Shown here piece by piece: positions 47,566 to 58,382 of a DNA stretch of 64,000 nt (position 1 is the first letter of the stretch; the number at the start of each line of letters is the position of its first letter). The notes beneath the pieces were generated by a model. It did no database searches. It saw nothing but the letters and a program-made list of their open reading frames with translations, and was not told where the DNA came from. The translations under genes were made by a program, and so were the position numbers. This DNA is from Chloroflexota bacterium (GTDB taxonomy: Bacteria; Chloroflexota; Limnocylindria; Limnocylindrales; CSP1-4). Location of the stretch: the NCBI GenBank assembly GCA_005889475.1, contig VBGT01000026.1:17544-81543 (forward strand), written 5' to 3'.

Positions 47566-49149
47566 TCAGTCGACGACCGTGTGGCTCTGCTCCCGCATGA
47601 ACTGGGCGACGTAGTACATCGACAGGCCGGCCTTGCCGGTCGAGCCGGAGCCCTTCCACCCGCCGAACGACTGGACGCCCGGCCACGCCCCCGTCGTCGC
47701 GCCGGCCCGGCGGTTCACGTACAACACGCCCGCTTCGATCTCGTCGAGGAACTGCTCGACCTCGCCCGGGTCCTCGCTGTATACGCCCGCGGTGAGGCCG
47801 TAGATCGTGCCGTTGGCAAGCTTGAGCGCCTCGTCCAGTGACTCGACCGCCTGGATCGCGGTGAACGGCGCGAACAGCTCGTCCTGGAAGAGCCGATGCG
47901 AGGGGTCGAGACCGCCGACCACCGTCGGCTCGACGTAGTAGCCGCGCGACAGCGCACCGTCCGACAGGTGCTCGCCGCCGGTGTAGACCACCCCGTCGCG
48001 GCGCGCCTCGAACACTGCCTGCTGGTGCCGGTCGAGCGCCTTCTGGTCGATGATCGGCCCCAGCCAGTTCTCGCGCGGGATCGGGTCGCCGATCGTGATC
48101 TTCTCGGCCTTCTCGACGAGCATTCGGACCAGTTCGTCATGGACCGGCTTCTCGACGTACACGCGTGAGTTCGCGGAGCATTTCTGGCCGCCGAACCCGA
48201 ACGCGGAGCGCATGATCCCCTCGGCCGCCTCCTCGAGGTCGGCCTTGCGCGAGACGATCGCCGGGTTCTTGCCGCCCATCTCGACGATGCACGGCCGCGG
48301 CCACGTGGTCGAGAACGACTTGAAGAGCTTGAACCCGACCTCGTACGAGCCGGTGAAGACGATGCCGTCGATGCCCGGGTTCGTCCGGAGCTCGTCGCCG
48401 ACCGTGTCGCCGGGGCCCATGACCAGGTTGACCGTGCCCGGCGGCATCCCGGCGTCCTCGAGGGCGTGGATCAGGTTGACCCCCGACAGCGGCGATGCCG
48501 AGGCGGGCTTGAAGACGACCGTGTTGCCGGCCAGGAGCGCCGCGCTCACCGGACCGGCCGCGAGCGCCATCGGGAAGTTGAACGGGCTGATGACCCCGAA
48601 GACGCCGAGGGGCCGGAGGATCGACCGCGTGTGGACGGCGTCGTCGCCGAGGTTGTCCATGGCGTGGTCGTAGCCGTTGTTGGCCTCGAGCGTCTGGCCG
48701 TAGTAGCGCAGCAGATCGGCCGCCTCCTCGACCTCGCCGAGCGCCTCGAGCCGGTTCTTGCCGACCTCGAACGCCATGTCCGCGCCGTAGCGCATCTGGC
48801 GTTCCGAGATCAGCTCCGCGGCGCGGCGGATGATCGCGAGGCGGTCCTGCCACGGCGTATGCCGCCACTCCGGCGCGGCGCGGCGCGCGGCCGTGATCGC
48901 CGACTGCACGTCGTTCCGGTCGCCCTTCGCGAACGTCCCGATCAGCATCTCGCGATCGATCGGCGAGCGCGCCTCGAACACGCCCGCGGAGCCGTCGACC
49001 CAGCGCCCACCGACATAGTTCCGGTGGTGTGCGCCGAGCCCGGAGCGTGCCTCCTGCACGCCCTGCTCGTACAACGCGTGGAGCTCCTCGTTGTCGTTGC
49101 GCAGGGTCGCGTAGGTGATCTTGATGCGCGGGCGGGCTTCGGTGGTCAT
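47566..49149 (-). CDS. aldehyde dehydrogenase, L-glutamate gamma-semialdehyde (P5C) dehydrogenase-like
   Basis: 527 aa. Motifs are VEMGGKNP and the catalytic-Cys motif FGFGGQKCSA. The N-terminus is PruA-like. Confidence 0.8.
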   Translation of the reverse strand: MTTEARPRIKITYATLRNDNEELHALYEQGVQEARSGLGAHHRNYVGGRWVDGSAGVFEARSPIDREMLIGTFAKGDRNDVQSAITAARRAAPEWRHTPWQDRLAIIRRAAELISERQMRYGADMAFEVGKNRLEALGEVEEAADLLRYYGQTLEANNGYDHAMDNLGDDAVHTRSILRPLGVFGVISPFNFPMALAAGPVSAALLAGNTVVFKPASASPLSGVNLIHALEDAGMPPGTVNLVMGPGDTVGDELRTNPGIDGIVFTGSYEVGFKLFKSFSTTWPRPCIVEMGGKNPAIVSRKADLEEAAEGIMRSAFGFGGQKCSANSRVYVEKPVHDELVRMLVEKAEKITIGDPIPRENWLGPIIDQKALDRHQQAVFEARRDGVVYTGGEHLSDGALSRGYYVEPTVVGGLDPSHRLFQDELFAPFTAIQAVESLDEALKLANGTIYGLTAGVYSEDPGEVEQFLDEIEAGVLYVNRRAGATTGAWPGVQSFGGWKGSGSTGKAGLSMYYVAQFMREQSHTVVD

Positions 49150-49217
49150 CTGGTCTCCAGGCTGCCGTGTCGGCGGGCGCGCCGGGCGATCCGAGCCCAG
49201 GCGGAAGTGGGGCCAGT

Positions 49218-50102
49218 CTACCTCGGCAGGTGCTCGATCAAGCTCGCCAGCGAGGGCGCGACGGCGTCCGCGACCACGCCGCTCCGGGTTGCGTCATCGG
49301 CGGAGACTTTGCCGGTCAGGACGAGGAAGCCACGGAGTCCGGCGCGACGCGCAGCGGCGACGTCGGCCTGTGGGTCGTCGCCGACCATCGCGACCTCCCC
49401 GCTTCGGAGGCGAGATCCGCCGCTCCGAGCGATGTCGGATCGAAGCTCGGCGACGGCCTCGCGGAACACGACCGGCGAGGGCTTACCGCAAATGACGGCG
49501 CGGCGGCCGAGCGCGAACTCGAGACCCGCGACAAGGGCGCCGGCATCGAGCGTGTAGCCCTTGGGCGTGACCCACCACGGGTTGCGATGCATCGCCACGA
49601 ACTCCGCACCGGCGCGGAGCTGCCGATAGGCGATGTCGAGGTTCCGGTAGCTGAGGTCGTCGCCCGCGTCGCCGATGACGACCGCCGCGACCGGCTCCTG
49701 CCGAGCGTCCGCCTCGTCCGGCATCACGACCGCCTGGCCGGCCCACTCCCGTCGCGCGTCGGGCGCGGCCAGGACGAGCAGCGGCGCGCCCGGGTGGTGC
49801 TCCGCCGTGTACGCGGCGGCTGCAGAGGCGGCCGTGATGATCTCCGCGCCGTCGACCGACAAGCCCGTTGCCTTGCCGAACGCGCCCGCGAGGGTCGAGC
49901 GATGGGCCGACGAGAAGTTGGTGACGACTCGGTATGGGATCCGACGGCGCCGCAGCTCGACCAGCGCTTCGGGTGAGCCCGGAATTGGCTCGCCCCGATA
50001 CATCAGCACCCCGTCGGCATCGAGCACGAACGCACGCACGCCGTCGAGCGCGGCGCGCAGGTCTGGAAGCGCGGCTCGCGGCCGCGCGGCGGTTCCGGGC
50101 AT
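49218..50102 (-). CDS. HAD-IIA family phosphatase (NagD-like)
   Basis: ATG at 50102. Motifs are FVLDADGVL, VTNFSS, GKP and MVGDDPQADV. Confidence 0.8.
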   Translation of the reverse strand: MPGTAARPRAALPDLRAALDGVRAFVLDADGVLMYRGEPIPGSPEALVELRRRRIPYRVVTNFSSAHRSTLAGAFGKATGLSVDGAEIITAASAAAAYTAEHHPGAPLLVLAAPDARREWAGQAVVMPDEADARQEPVAAVVIGDAGDDLSYRNLDIAYRQLRAGAEFVAMHRNPWWVTPKGYTLDAGALVAGLEFALGRRAVICGKPSPVVFREAVAELRSDIARSGGSRLRSGEVAMVGDDPQADVAAARRAGLRGFLVLTGKVSADDATRSGVVADAVAPSLASLIEHLPR

Positions 50103-50224
50103 GGCCCGATGGTAGGCTCGGGCCGCGGTCCGGTAGCGGCACGATCCGTGCAGATGCGCACACGTTCGTGCACGGGCCGGGCCCGGAAGCGAGCAACATC
50201 GACGCAACCGCGTTGGAGGGTGCG

Positions 50225-51007
50225 ATGGGCCTGCTCGACGGCAAGAAGGCGCTGATCTTCGGCGTCGCGAACGACCACTCGATCGCGTGGGGGATCGCGA
50301 AGGCCCTCCACGCCGAAGGTGCGACGCTCGGCTTCTCGTCGGTCGAGAGCCTGATCGAGAAGCGCGTGCGACCGCTCGCGACCTCGATCGGGTCGACGTT
50401 CGTCGAGCCGTGCGACGTCCAGTCGGACGATCAGATCCGCGGGGTGATGGAGAAGTGGCGTGAGGCGCACGGCGAGATCGACGTGCTCGTCCACGCCCTG
50501 GCGTTCGCCAAGCGCGAGGATCTCGATGGCGAGTTCACGGCGACCTCGCGCGACGGCTTCGCGCTGGCGATGGACGTCTCCGCCTACTCGCTCGTCGCCC
50601 TCGTCCGCGAGGCTCGTCCCCTCCTCCACCCCGGCTCGTCCGTGCTGACCCTTACCTACTACGGCGCGGAGAAGGTCGTCTCGCACTACAACGTCATGGG
50701 CGTGGCCAAGGCGGCGCTCGAGGCGTCCGTCCGCTATCTCGCCGCCGACCTCGGGCCGGAGGGCGTGCGCGTGAATGCCATCTCCGCGGGACCGATCAGG
50801 ACCCTTGCTGCTGCCGGCATCGCCGGCTTCAAGAAGCTGTACGGCTCGTTCGCCGAGGTCGCGCCGCTCCGCTCGAACATCAGCATCGAAGACGTCGGCA
50901 AGACCGCGATCTGGCTCGCCTCCGACCTGTCGAGCGCGGTGACGGGCGAGGTCGTCTACGTCGACGGCGGCTTCAACATCCTGGGCGTTCCCCTGGCCGA
51001 GGGGTAG
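50225..51007 (+). CDS. fabI: enoyl-[acyl-carrier-protein] reductase (NADH)
   Basis: MGLLDGKKALIFGVANDHSIAWG, and the Y-x6-K motif in YNVMGVAKAALE. Confidence 0.9.
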   Translation: MGLLDGKKALIFGVANDHSIAWGIAKALHAEGATLGFSSVESLIEKRVRPLATSIGSTFVEPCDVQSDDQIRGVMEKWREAHGEIDVLVHALAFAKREDLDGEFTATSRDGFALAMDVSAYSLVALVREARPLLHPGSSVLTLTYYGAEKVVSHYNVMGVAKAALEASVRYLAADLGPEGVRVNAISAGPIRTLAAAGIAGFKKLYGSFAEVAPLRSNISIEDVGKTAIWLASDLSSAVTGEVVYVDGGFNILGVPLAEG

Positions 51008-51305
51008 CCGCCCTCTGGTTGCTGCCGACGCCGGACCCCCTACCAGTCCAACCCCCGGATTCTCTCCCAGGTGTCACAAGACGAGATGGCATAGCCCCGG
51101 GGCGGTGGAAACAGCTCGAATCAGCTCGATTTAGCTTGATTCGGCCCCCAATGACCCGGTCGGGAGAATCCGGCAGGAATGGGAGCCCTTCGGCGCCTTG
51201 CGGCCGGCGCGGACCTTTCTTGCGCTCCCCCGGGGAGAATTCGGCGAAACGCAGGCGAGGGATCGCCGAGCCGCGCGGGGCAGGCGCGCAGGCGACCGGA
51301 ACTTG

Positions 51306-53489
51306 CTAGGCGGCTACCACCTGATCGCGGCCGCCGGCCTTGGCCATCGCGAGGGCGACGTCGGCGCGCTCAAGCAGGAGCGTGCCCTCGACCTCCCAGG
51401 GCTCGAGCGTCGAGCAGCCGGCGGAGACCGTCGAGGTCAAGCGCTGGCCGGTGCCGGTGTCGACCGATTGCTTGGAGAACGCGGCCCGGACCTGCTCGGC
51501 GATGCCGATCGCTTCGTCACGGCTCGCACCCTCGAGGATCACCACGAACTCCTCGCCGCCGTAACGCGCAAAGAGGTCGCTGTTCCGAACCCGTGTCGTG
51601 AGCGTGTCCGCGAAGAGGCGGAGCACACGGTCGCCGATCTGGTGGCCGAAGCGCTTGTTGACGCTGCCGAAGTGGTCGAGGTCGAACAGGATCGCCGAGC
51701 GGGGACCTCGCTTCTCCGCCGGGATCCGCAGGCGCAGCGCGTCCTCGCGTTCGATGGTCGCATCGAAATGGCGCCGGTTGTGAATCCCCGTCAGCATGTC
51801 GGTGATCGCCGCGTCGCGGGTCTTCTGGTGGAGACGGGCATTGGCCAGGGCGAGGCCGACCTTGCCCGCGAGGAGCGCCGCGACCTCCTGCTCCTGTGCG
51901 GTGAACGGGGTGCTGAGGTCGCCTCGCAGCCAGGTCACGACGCCGGCGATCTCGTCGCCGATGACCATCGGCGCGGCCATCGCGCCGAGCGTGTCGGGCA
52001 GCCGCACCTTTGCGACCGCCTTCGGGAAGCTCTTCCGCTGCAGCCGATCGATGACGGTCACGCCGCGCGCGACGATCGCCCGTCCGCTGATCCCATCGCC
52101 CGGCTGGATCGGCTGGCCGAGCACGGATCGGTCGCCGCCGGATACCGCGGCGATGACGTACGCCCCCGTCGCCTCGTCGCGCGTTACGAGCACGACGCTC
52201 TCAGCGGGAATGACCACGCCGGCGCCGGAGGCCACGTCATCGTTCATGGTCGCCGTATCAAGGCTGGCGTTCAGCACGGTCGCGAACGTCGTCAGCCGGT
52301 CGAGCAGGGCGGCGCGCTCGGTGAGCTTCTGGCGCTCGCGCCCGAGGGCGAGCGCGGCGGCGATCCGGTCACCCACGATCTGCATCATCGAGAAGTCGTC
52401 CTCGTCGAGGCGGCGCTCGCCGCTGGTCTCGATGTTCAGGACGCCGAGCAGCTCACCGCCCGCTTGGAGCGGGATCCCGATCTCGCTCATCACCTCCGGG
52501 TCGGCGGACAGGAAGTCCGGGTCGGAGCGTGCGTCGGGCAGGAATACGGGCTCGCCGGTCCGGACGATCCGGCCGACGACGCCCTTGTCCGGTGTCACGG
52601 TCTGGATCGGGAAGCGGTAGTTGCGCTGGGCGCCGAGCTGCAGCGCGTGCCCGTCCCACACGTAGACGGACGGGTACCTGTACCCGAACGTGTCCTCGAG
52701 CAGGCCCATCACCCGGTCGAGCGTGTCCGGCCGCGGCCCCTCGCGCGCGAGCAGGCTGCCGACCGACTCCACCGCCGAGAGCTGGCGCGCGTGCCGGCGC
52801 TCGCGGACGTTCGCCTGGTGGACGCGGACCGTCGACCGCCGGAGGTTGGCGACGACGCGCTGGCATCCGAACGCCACGACGCCGGCGGCCATGGCCAGCG
52901 CGAGGGTCTGCTGGCGCGAGCCCGGGTCGGCGTTCGGGACCGCGAGCGGCACGAGGATGGTCAGCATGCCGGCCAGGGCCACCCCAACCGAGGGGGTGTC
53001 GCCACGCGACGCCGCGAGGGCGACAACCGGCACAGCGAGGGCGCTCAGGGGCCACGTCCCCGTGGGATCGAGCCAGGCGTTGGCGACGACGATGAACGCG
53101 AGCGAGATGGCGAGACGAACCGCGGCCAACCAGTCCGGCGCTGAGCGCCACGACGTCAGCGCGAGCTGCAGCGAGACGAAGGCGATCGGCACGGCCACCG
53201 CCAGCCATGGGAGCGCCAGCTCGTAGGAACCCTCCACGGCGAGGACCGGGAGGGCGATCGCCACGGCGAGCAGGAACTGCGGGTCGCGAATGACGCCGAT
53301 CGACACGCGCCCAGAGCGACTCGCCCGTGCGGCGGCCAGCCCTCTGTGGTTCAGGAAGAAGTGCTCGACGGGCGCGTAGACCTCAGGCTTCGGGGCGTCG
53401 TTCGGCGCACCCGCGGCGTCGGACGCCGGGGTGTCGGCCTGCTCTGCTCGGGGAATCGCGGCTCGGATTGGCGTCGAGGTCGTGTCCAC
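51306..53489 (-). CDS. membrane-bound GAF-GAF-GGDEF diguanylate cyclase
   Basis: GTG start. An N-terminal multi-TM region is followed by two GAF-like modules and a GGDEF domain. The active site is RYGGEEF, and the I-site-like RNSD lies 5 residues upstream. Confidence 0.85.
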   Translation of the reverse strand: MDTTSTPIRAAIPRAEQADTPASDAAGAPNDAPKPEVYAPVEHFFLNHRGLAAARASRSGRVSIGVIRDPQFLLAVAIALPVLAVEGSYELALPWLAVAVPIAFVSLQLALTSWRSAPDWLAAVRLAISLAFIVVANAWLDPTGTWPLSALAVPVVALAASRGDTPSVGVALAGMLTILVPLAVPNADPGSRQQTLALAMAAGVVAFGCQRVVANLRRSTVRVHQANVRERRHARQLSAVESVGSLLAREGPRPDTLDRVMGLLEDTFGYRYPSVYVWDGHALQLGAQRNYRFPIQTVTPDKGVVGRIVRTGEPVFLPDARSDPDFLSADPEVMSEIGIPLQAGGELLGVLNIETSGERRLDEDDFSMMQIVGDRIAAALALGRERQKLTERAALLDRLTTFATVLNASLDTATMNDDVASGAGVVIPAESVVLVTRDEATGAYVIAAVSGGDRSVLGQPIQPGDGISGRAIVARGVTVIDRLQRKSFPKAVAKVRLPDTLGAMAAPMVIGDEIAGVVTWLRGDLSTPFTAQEQEVAALLAGKVGLALANARLHQKTRDAAITDMLTGIHNRRHFDATIEREDALRLRIPAEKRGPRSAILFDLDHFGSVNKRFGHQIGDRVLRLFADTLTTRVRNSDLFARYGGEEFVVILEGASRDEAIGIAEQVRAAFSKQSVDTGTGQRLTSTVSAGCSTLEPWEVEGTLLLERADVALAMAKAGGRDQVVAA

Positions 53490-53618
53490 TTGCTCTGTGG
53501 CCAGCCGGCGATGGCGGACGAGGTGCGCCCGGCCCGCGTCAAGGGCACCGCGATGCTCTGTCGCGGTGGGACTGGTCCACCATCCCCCGTCGGTACCAGC
53601 GAGTGCGCCGTCGGGTTG

Positions 53619-55934
53619 CTACGGGAGCCGGAACACCTCGCCCTGGCCGTTCGCGAAGATCGGCTCGTAGCCCGCGGCGAGCACCTGGTCGCGGATGCCG
53701 TCGGGCAGCCCTACGGGCTCGAGGACGACGTACAGGTAGTCGCCCGATGCCAGGAAGCGGGGCAGCGCGTCGAGGCCGTACAGCCGACCACCCGCTGTGT
53801 GCTGGCTCACCTCGGGATCGAGGCTGACGAACGTCTCGGTGACACCGTCGAACACGCCCAATGGCGTCGATACCCACTGCTGGAAGCTCTTCGCGAGGTG
53901 AAGGACCGGGGTGTCGTGGGCAAGCCGGCCGGCGTCGATTTCTGCCCGCACCGCGTCCAGGATCTCGTGCCGCGGCGCGTCGACCACGAATCGCGAGTCC
54001 GGGAAGCCCTGCCAGAAGCCGATCGCGGCGAAGTGCAGGTCGATGGCGAACGTCTCCGACCAGCGGTGTTCGCCGAGGTGGTACGCGTTGATCGAGGCGC
54101 AGTCTTTGCGGCAGTTGCTGTCGTCGCCGCTGTTCCCGAACCGGAGCGGCAACGCGGCCACCACCACGAACGCGGCAACGAGTCCCGCCCGGGCGAGCCA
54201 CGGCTGCGGCGCGCGCGTCCAGGCGAAAGCAAGCGCGGAGGCCGCGCCTGCCGCCGCGATGGACGACAACCAGTAGTGGACGGTCTTCGGGACCTCATAG
54301 CGCAGCGCGCTCCCGAGCAACCCCAGGTCATCCGGCAGGGCCTGCGTCAGCACCACGGCTGCGGACCCGACGACGAGCCCGACGACCACGAGAGCCCAGC
54401 GCGCGCCCCGGCTGCCAAGGAAGGAACCGATCACGATAACGATGAGGAGCAGGCCGCTGGATTCCAGGGCGAGTAGACCGGCTGTGCCCGCAGCCACCGG
54501 CAGGCGGTCGAGCACCAGCCGCCCGATGGCGAATGCGCCGGCGATGGCGATCCCGATCGCGAGCAGGATCGCCGGGCCCAGCGATCGGGCGAATCTGGTC
54601 AACCGCTCCTGCAGCGCGCTACTCCGCGCGACGGTCCGGCCAACCCCGACTCCGATCGCAATCGCGATCGGCAGCCCGGCCCCGAGCGCGAGGGTCGGCA
54701 GCGAGACCCCGATCGTCGTCGCCAGCTGCGGCACCGCCACGAGCCCTGCCGTGACGCCGGCGACCGCGGCGGCCGGCGCGAGCTCGGTGGGTCGGAGGAC
54801 GGCCACGACGCCGACGGTGACGATCGCGAAGAAGCCGATGACGGGATGGACGAGCGCCGCCGCGCCGATCGCAAGCCCGATCACCACGCCTCGACCGATC
54901 CTCCACGGGTCTGCGCCGGCCGGTCGACCGGCGGAATCCCCAGGTGCTGCTTCCCCGCGGAGGGCCTCCGCCGCAACGGCCAGGCCGAGGCACACGAGGG
55001 GCCCGACGACCACTGTCCCGCGCGCATCCGCGAGGCGGGCGAACGGCTGGCTGAGTGCGAACGCGAGCAACGCCCACGGCCCGACCGACGGGTCGCTACG
55101 GCGGATCGCGCTCGCGAGTCGGTGGACCCCGGCCGCGACGAGCACCGTCTCCGGGAGGATGAAGCCGGCGATGGCCGCACCCCCCGAGAGGCCGGTCATG
55201 GTCGCGATGGCGCCGAGGAGGCCGTCGTAGCCGAGGACCGTTCGGGACGGGCCGAAGATCGGTGACTGGGTCGCAGTCAGCGGCGAGAACCAGCCGAACG
55301 TCCGCAGGTGCTCCACCGGGCCGACGTAGTTCGGCAACACGTCGATGAACGGCACCACCGGGCTCGCGAGCTGGAGGATGACCGGCCCGGCCCACACGAT
55401 CGCAACGAGCGCGGCGAGCGGCCAAGACCCGACCGCAGCGATCGCATCCCGCCAACCGCCGAATGCGACAAGCTGCCAGCTCCGGCGTGAGATGAGCGGA
55501 ATCACGAACGCGGCGGCGATCACCGCGACATCGATCGCAATGAGGATCGGCGCCCTGAACAGCCCGAACGCGCCGAGCGTGCCCAGGAGCAGCGTGTCCT
55601 TGAGCACCGCGGCAACCATCGAGGCGAGCACCGCCTCGGCGATCGAATCGAACGGGGTCCGACGTGCGGCACGAGCGAGGACCAGGCCCGTCGCAATCTC
55701 GAGAACGCTTGCGCCCAGGACGAGCAACGCGGCCGGAAGCGTGACCGACAGCTGCCTCAGCACGCCGTCGAGCGCCTGGTCGAGGTCGAACCCGAGCTTG
55801 TCCGAGGCCTGGAGCCAGGTCAGGCCGATCAGGAACGCCGCGAGGCCCGCAACACCGACGAGATCCAGTGCAATTGCTTCGCGGCCCCGGAACCGGCCCT
55901 CGGACATCGCGCGGATGGTACGAGGCGCGCGCAT
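53619..55934 (-). CDS. large polytopic membrane protein with a C-terminal soluble domain, function unknown
   Basis: 771 aa. The first ~560 aa hold at least 14 hydrophobic segments and the last ~200 aa are soluble. GC3 is high. I recognise no motif. Confidence 0.6.
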   Translation of the reverse strand: MRAPRTIRAMSEGRFRGREAIALDLVGVAGLAAFLIGLTWLQASDKLGFDLDQALDGVLRQLSVTLPAALLVLGASVLEIATGLVLARAARRTPFDSIAEAVLASMVAAVLKDTLLLGTLGAFGLFRAPILIAIDVAVIAAAFVIPLISRRSWQLVAFGGWRDAIAAVGSWPLAALVAIVWAGPVILQLASPVVPFIDVLPNYVGPVEHLRTFGWFSPLTATQSPIFGPSRTVLGYDGLLGAIATMTGLSGGAAIAGFILPETVLVAAGVHRLASAIRRSDPSVGPWALLAFALSQPFARLADARGTVVVGPLVCLGLAVAAEALRGEAAPGDSAGRPAGADPWRIGRGVVIGLAIGAAALVHPVIGFFAIVTVGVVAVLRPTELAPAAAVAGVTAGLVAVPQLATTIGVSLPTLALGAGLPIAIAIGVGVGRTVARSSALQERLTRFARSLGPAILLAIGIAIAGAFAIGRLVLDRLPVAAGTAGLLALESSGLLLIVIVIGSFLGSRGARWALVVVGLVVGSAAVVLTQALPDDLGLLGSALRYEVPKTVHYWLSSIAAAGAASALAFAWTRAPQPWLARAGLVAAFVVVAALPLRFGNSGDDSNCRKDCASINAYHLGEHRWSETFAIDLHFAAIGFWQGFPDSRFVVDAPRHEILDAVRAEIDAGRLAHDTPVLHLAKSFQQWVSTPLGVFDGVTETFVSLDPEVSQHTAGGRLYGLDALPRFLASGDYLYVVLEPVGLPDGIRDQVLAAGYEPIFANGQGEVFRLP

Positions 55935-55955
55935 GCCTCAGTCGGTCAGAGGAAT

Positions 55956-56031
55956 TGGAGCGGGCGGCGGGATTCGAACCCGCGGCATCCTGCTTGGAGG
56001 GCAGGCACTCTTCCAGCTGAGTTACGCCCGC
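55956..56031 (-). tRNA. tRNA-Gly (anticodon UCC), CCA encoded
   Basis: The minus strand reads GCGGGCG-TA-ACTC-AGCTGGAA-GAGT-G-CCTGC-CCTCCAA-GCAGG-ATGCC-GCGGG-TTCGAAT-CCCGC-CGCCCGC-T-CCA. This folds as a full 76-nt cloverleaf. Confidence 0.93.
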
Positions 56032-56661
56032 TCAGGGTGTCCGGCTCAGTCGCTGCTCAAAAGTTCGAAGCCGGTGGCAGTTCGCGCAGACGATATCGCA
56101 CTTGCTGGCCTCAACCAACATCCGATCCGTGCTCCCGCCGATCATCCTGGTGACACTGCGGATCTTGGAAGACGGATCCCGATGGTCGAAGTCCATGGCG
56201 CACTGCGCGACTCGGCCACCGCAATCGAGACACGGCACGGATCGGAGCTGATCCAGCAAGTCTGCGTTGTAGCGCGAATGCGCACGCCGTTGCTCCATCC
56301 TGCGCGACGAGTCGGGAGTGCGAGACGCAAGCCACTGACGGTGAAGCTTCCGCGTTCGGAGCCGGTGGCAATTTGCACAGACGACATCGCACTTCGCCGC
56401 TTCGGCGAGCAACTGCGCACGACTCTTCAGAGTGGCTCGTCCCGTCAGAAGGTTGAACGCCTTTTCCCGCGGAACGCGATGGTCGAAGTCCATCTGATGT
56501 CCGGCGAATTGACCCCCGCAATCGGCGCAGGGAACCTCGCGAAGCTCCCGCAGGAATGCCGTGGTCGCGGCTTGTCTACGCCTGACGCGCTCGATTTCGC
56601 ATGCCCGATTGCTCGCGTAGTAGCGAACGTTTGTCGGCCGTTGGTTACGTGTTTTGGGCAC
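56032..56661 (-). CDS. tandem double HNH (His-Me finger) endonuclease-like protein
   Basis: There are two internal repeats of CxDCGG...MDFDHR.P...KCD.VCANCHRLRT. GC3 is markedly lower than in neighbouring genes. The GTG start is at 56661 and the stop abuts the tRNA 5' end. Confidence 0.75.
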   Translation of the reverse strand: MPKTRNQRPTNVRYYASNRACEIERVRRRQAATTAFLRELREVPCADCGGQFAGHQMDFDHRVPREKAFNLLTGRATLKSRAQLLAEAAKCDVVCANCHRLRTRKLHRQWLASRTPDSSRRMEQRRAHSRYNADLLDQLRSVPCLDCGGRVAQCAMDFDHRDPSSKIRSVTRMIGGSTDRMLVEASKCDIVCANCHRLRTFEQRLSRTP

Positions 56662-56666
56662 GTCCT

Positions 56667-56695
56667 ATTTTAGAACGCACGTTCTCTTTCTTCAA
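56667..56695 (-). promoter_or_regulatory. sigma-70-like promoter TTGAAG-17 nt-TAAAAT, positioned for a leaderless HNH transcript
   Basis: The minus strand reads TTGAAG AAAGAGAACGTGCGTTC TAAAAT AGGAC GTG. The -10 ends 5 nt before the GTG start codon. Confidence 0.5.
56672..56685. promoter_or_regulatory. LexA (Cheo/SOS) box-like palindrome AGAAC-GCAC-GTTCT in the promoter spacer
   Basis: An exact GAAC-N4-GTTC with symmetric flanks lies at 56672-56685, inside the 17-nt spacer of the predicted promoter. Confidence 0.5.
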
Positions 56696-56806
56696 GACCT
56701 GCGCTGCGAAGAAGCGAGTCGGCTGCATCGGTCAACGCCGAAAGCCGTGTTTGGCAGGACGTTCGTCGCGGGTGACGTCTCGCCCGAGTCGCGTACGCTC
56801 CCCGCC

Positions 56807-58315
<1,509 letters not shown>

Positions 58316-58382
58316 AGCCCCTCCGCCGGCGCGAATCGGGCCGGAGCCTCTGCGAGAACGGCGGCGCTACGATGCGATTCGA

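Noticed and set aside
51020-51110. A possible actinobacterial 6C RNA, suggested by two C-runs (GACCCCCTACC and AACCCCCGG).
   Set aside because: I could not fold the C-runs into the two C-rich hairpin loops that define 6C RNA. The resemblance is compositional only.
55935-56031. tRNA-Gly as an integration site (att) for the HNH gene.
   Set aside because: The foreign-looking gene lies at the 5' side of the tRNA rather than the usual 3' side. I saw no repeat of the tRNA 3' end nearby, and there is no integrase.
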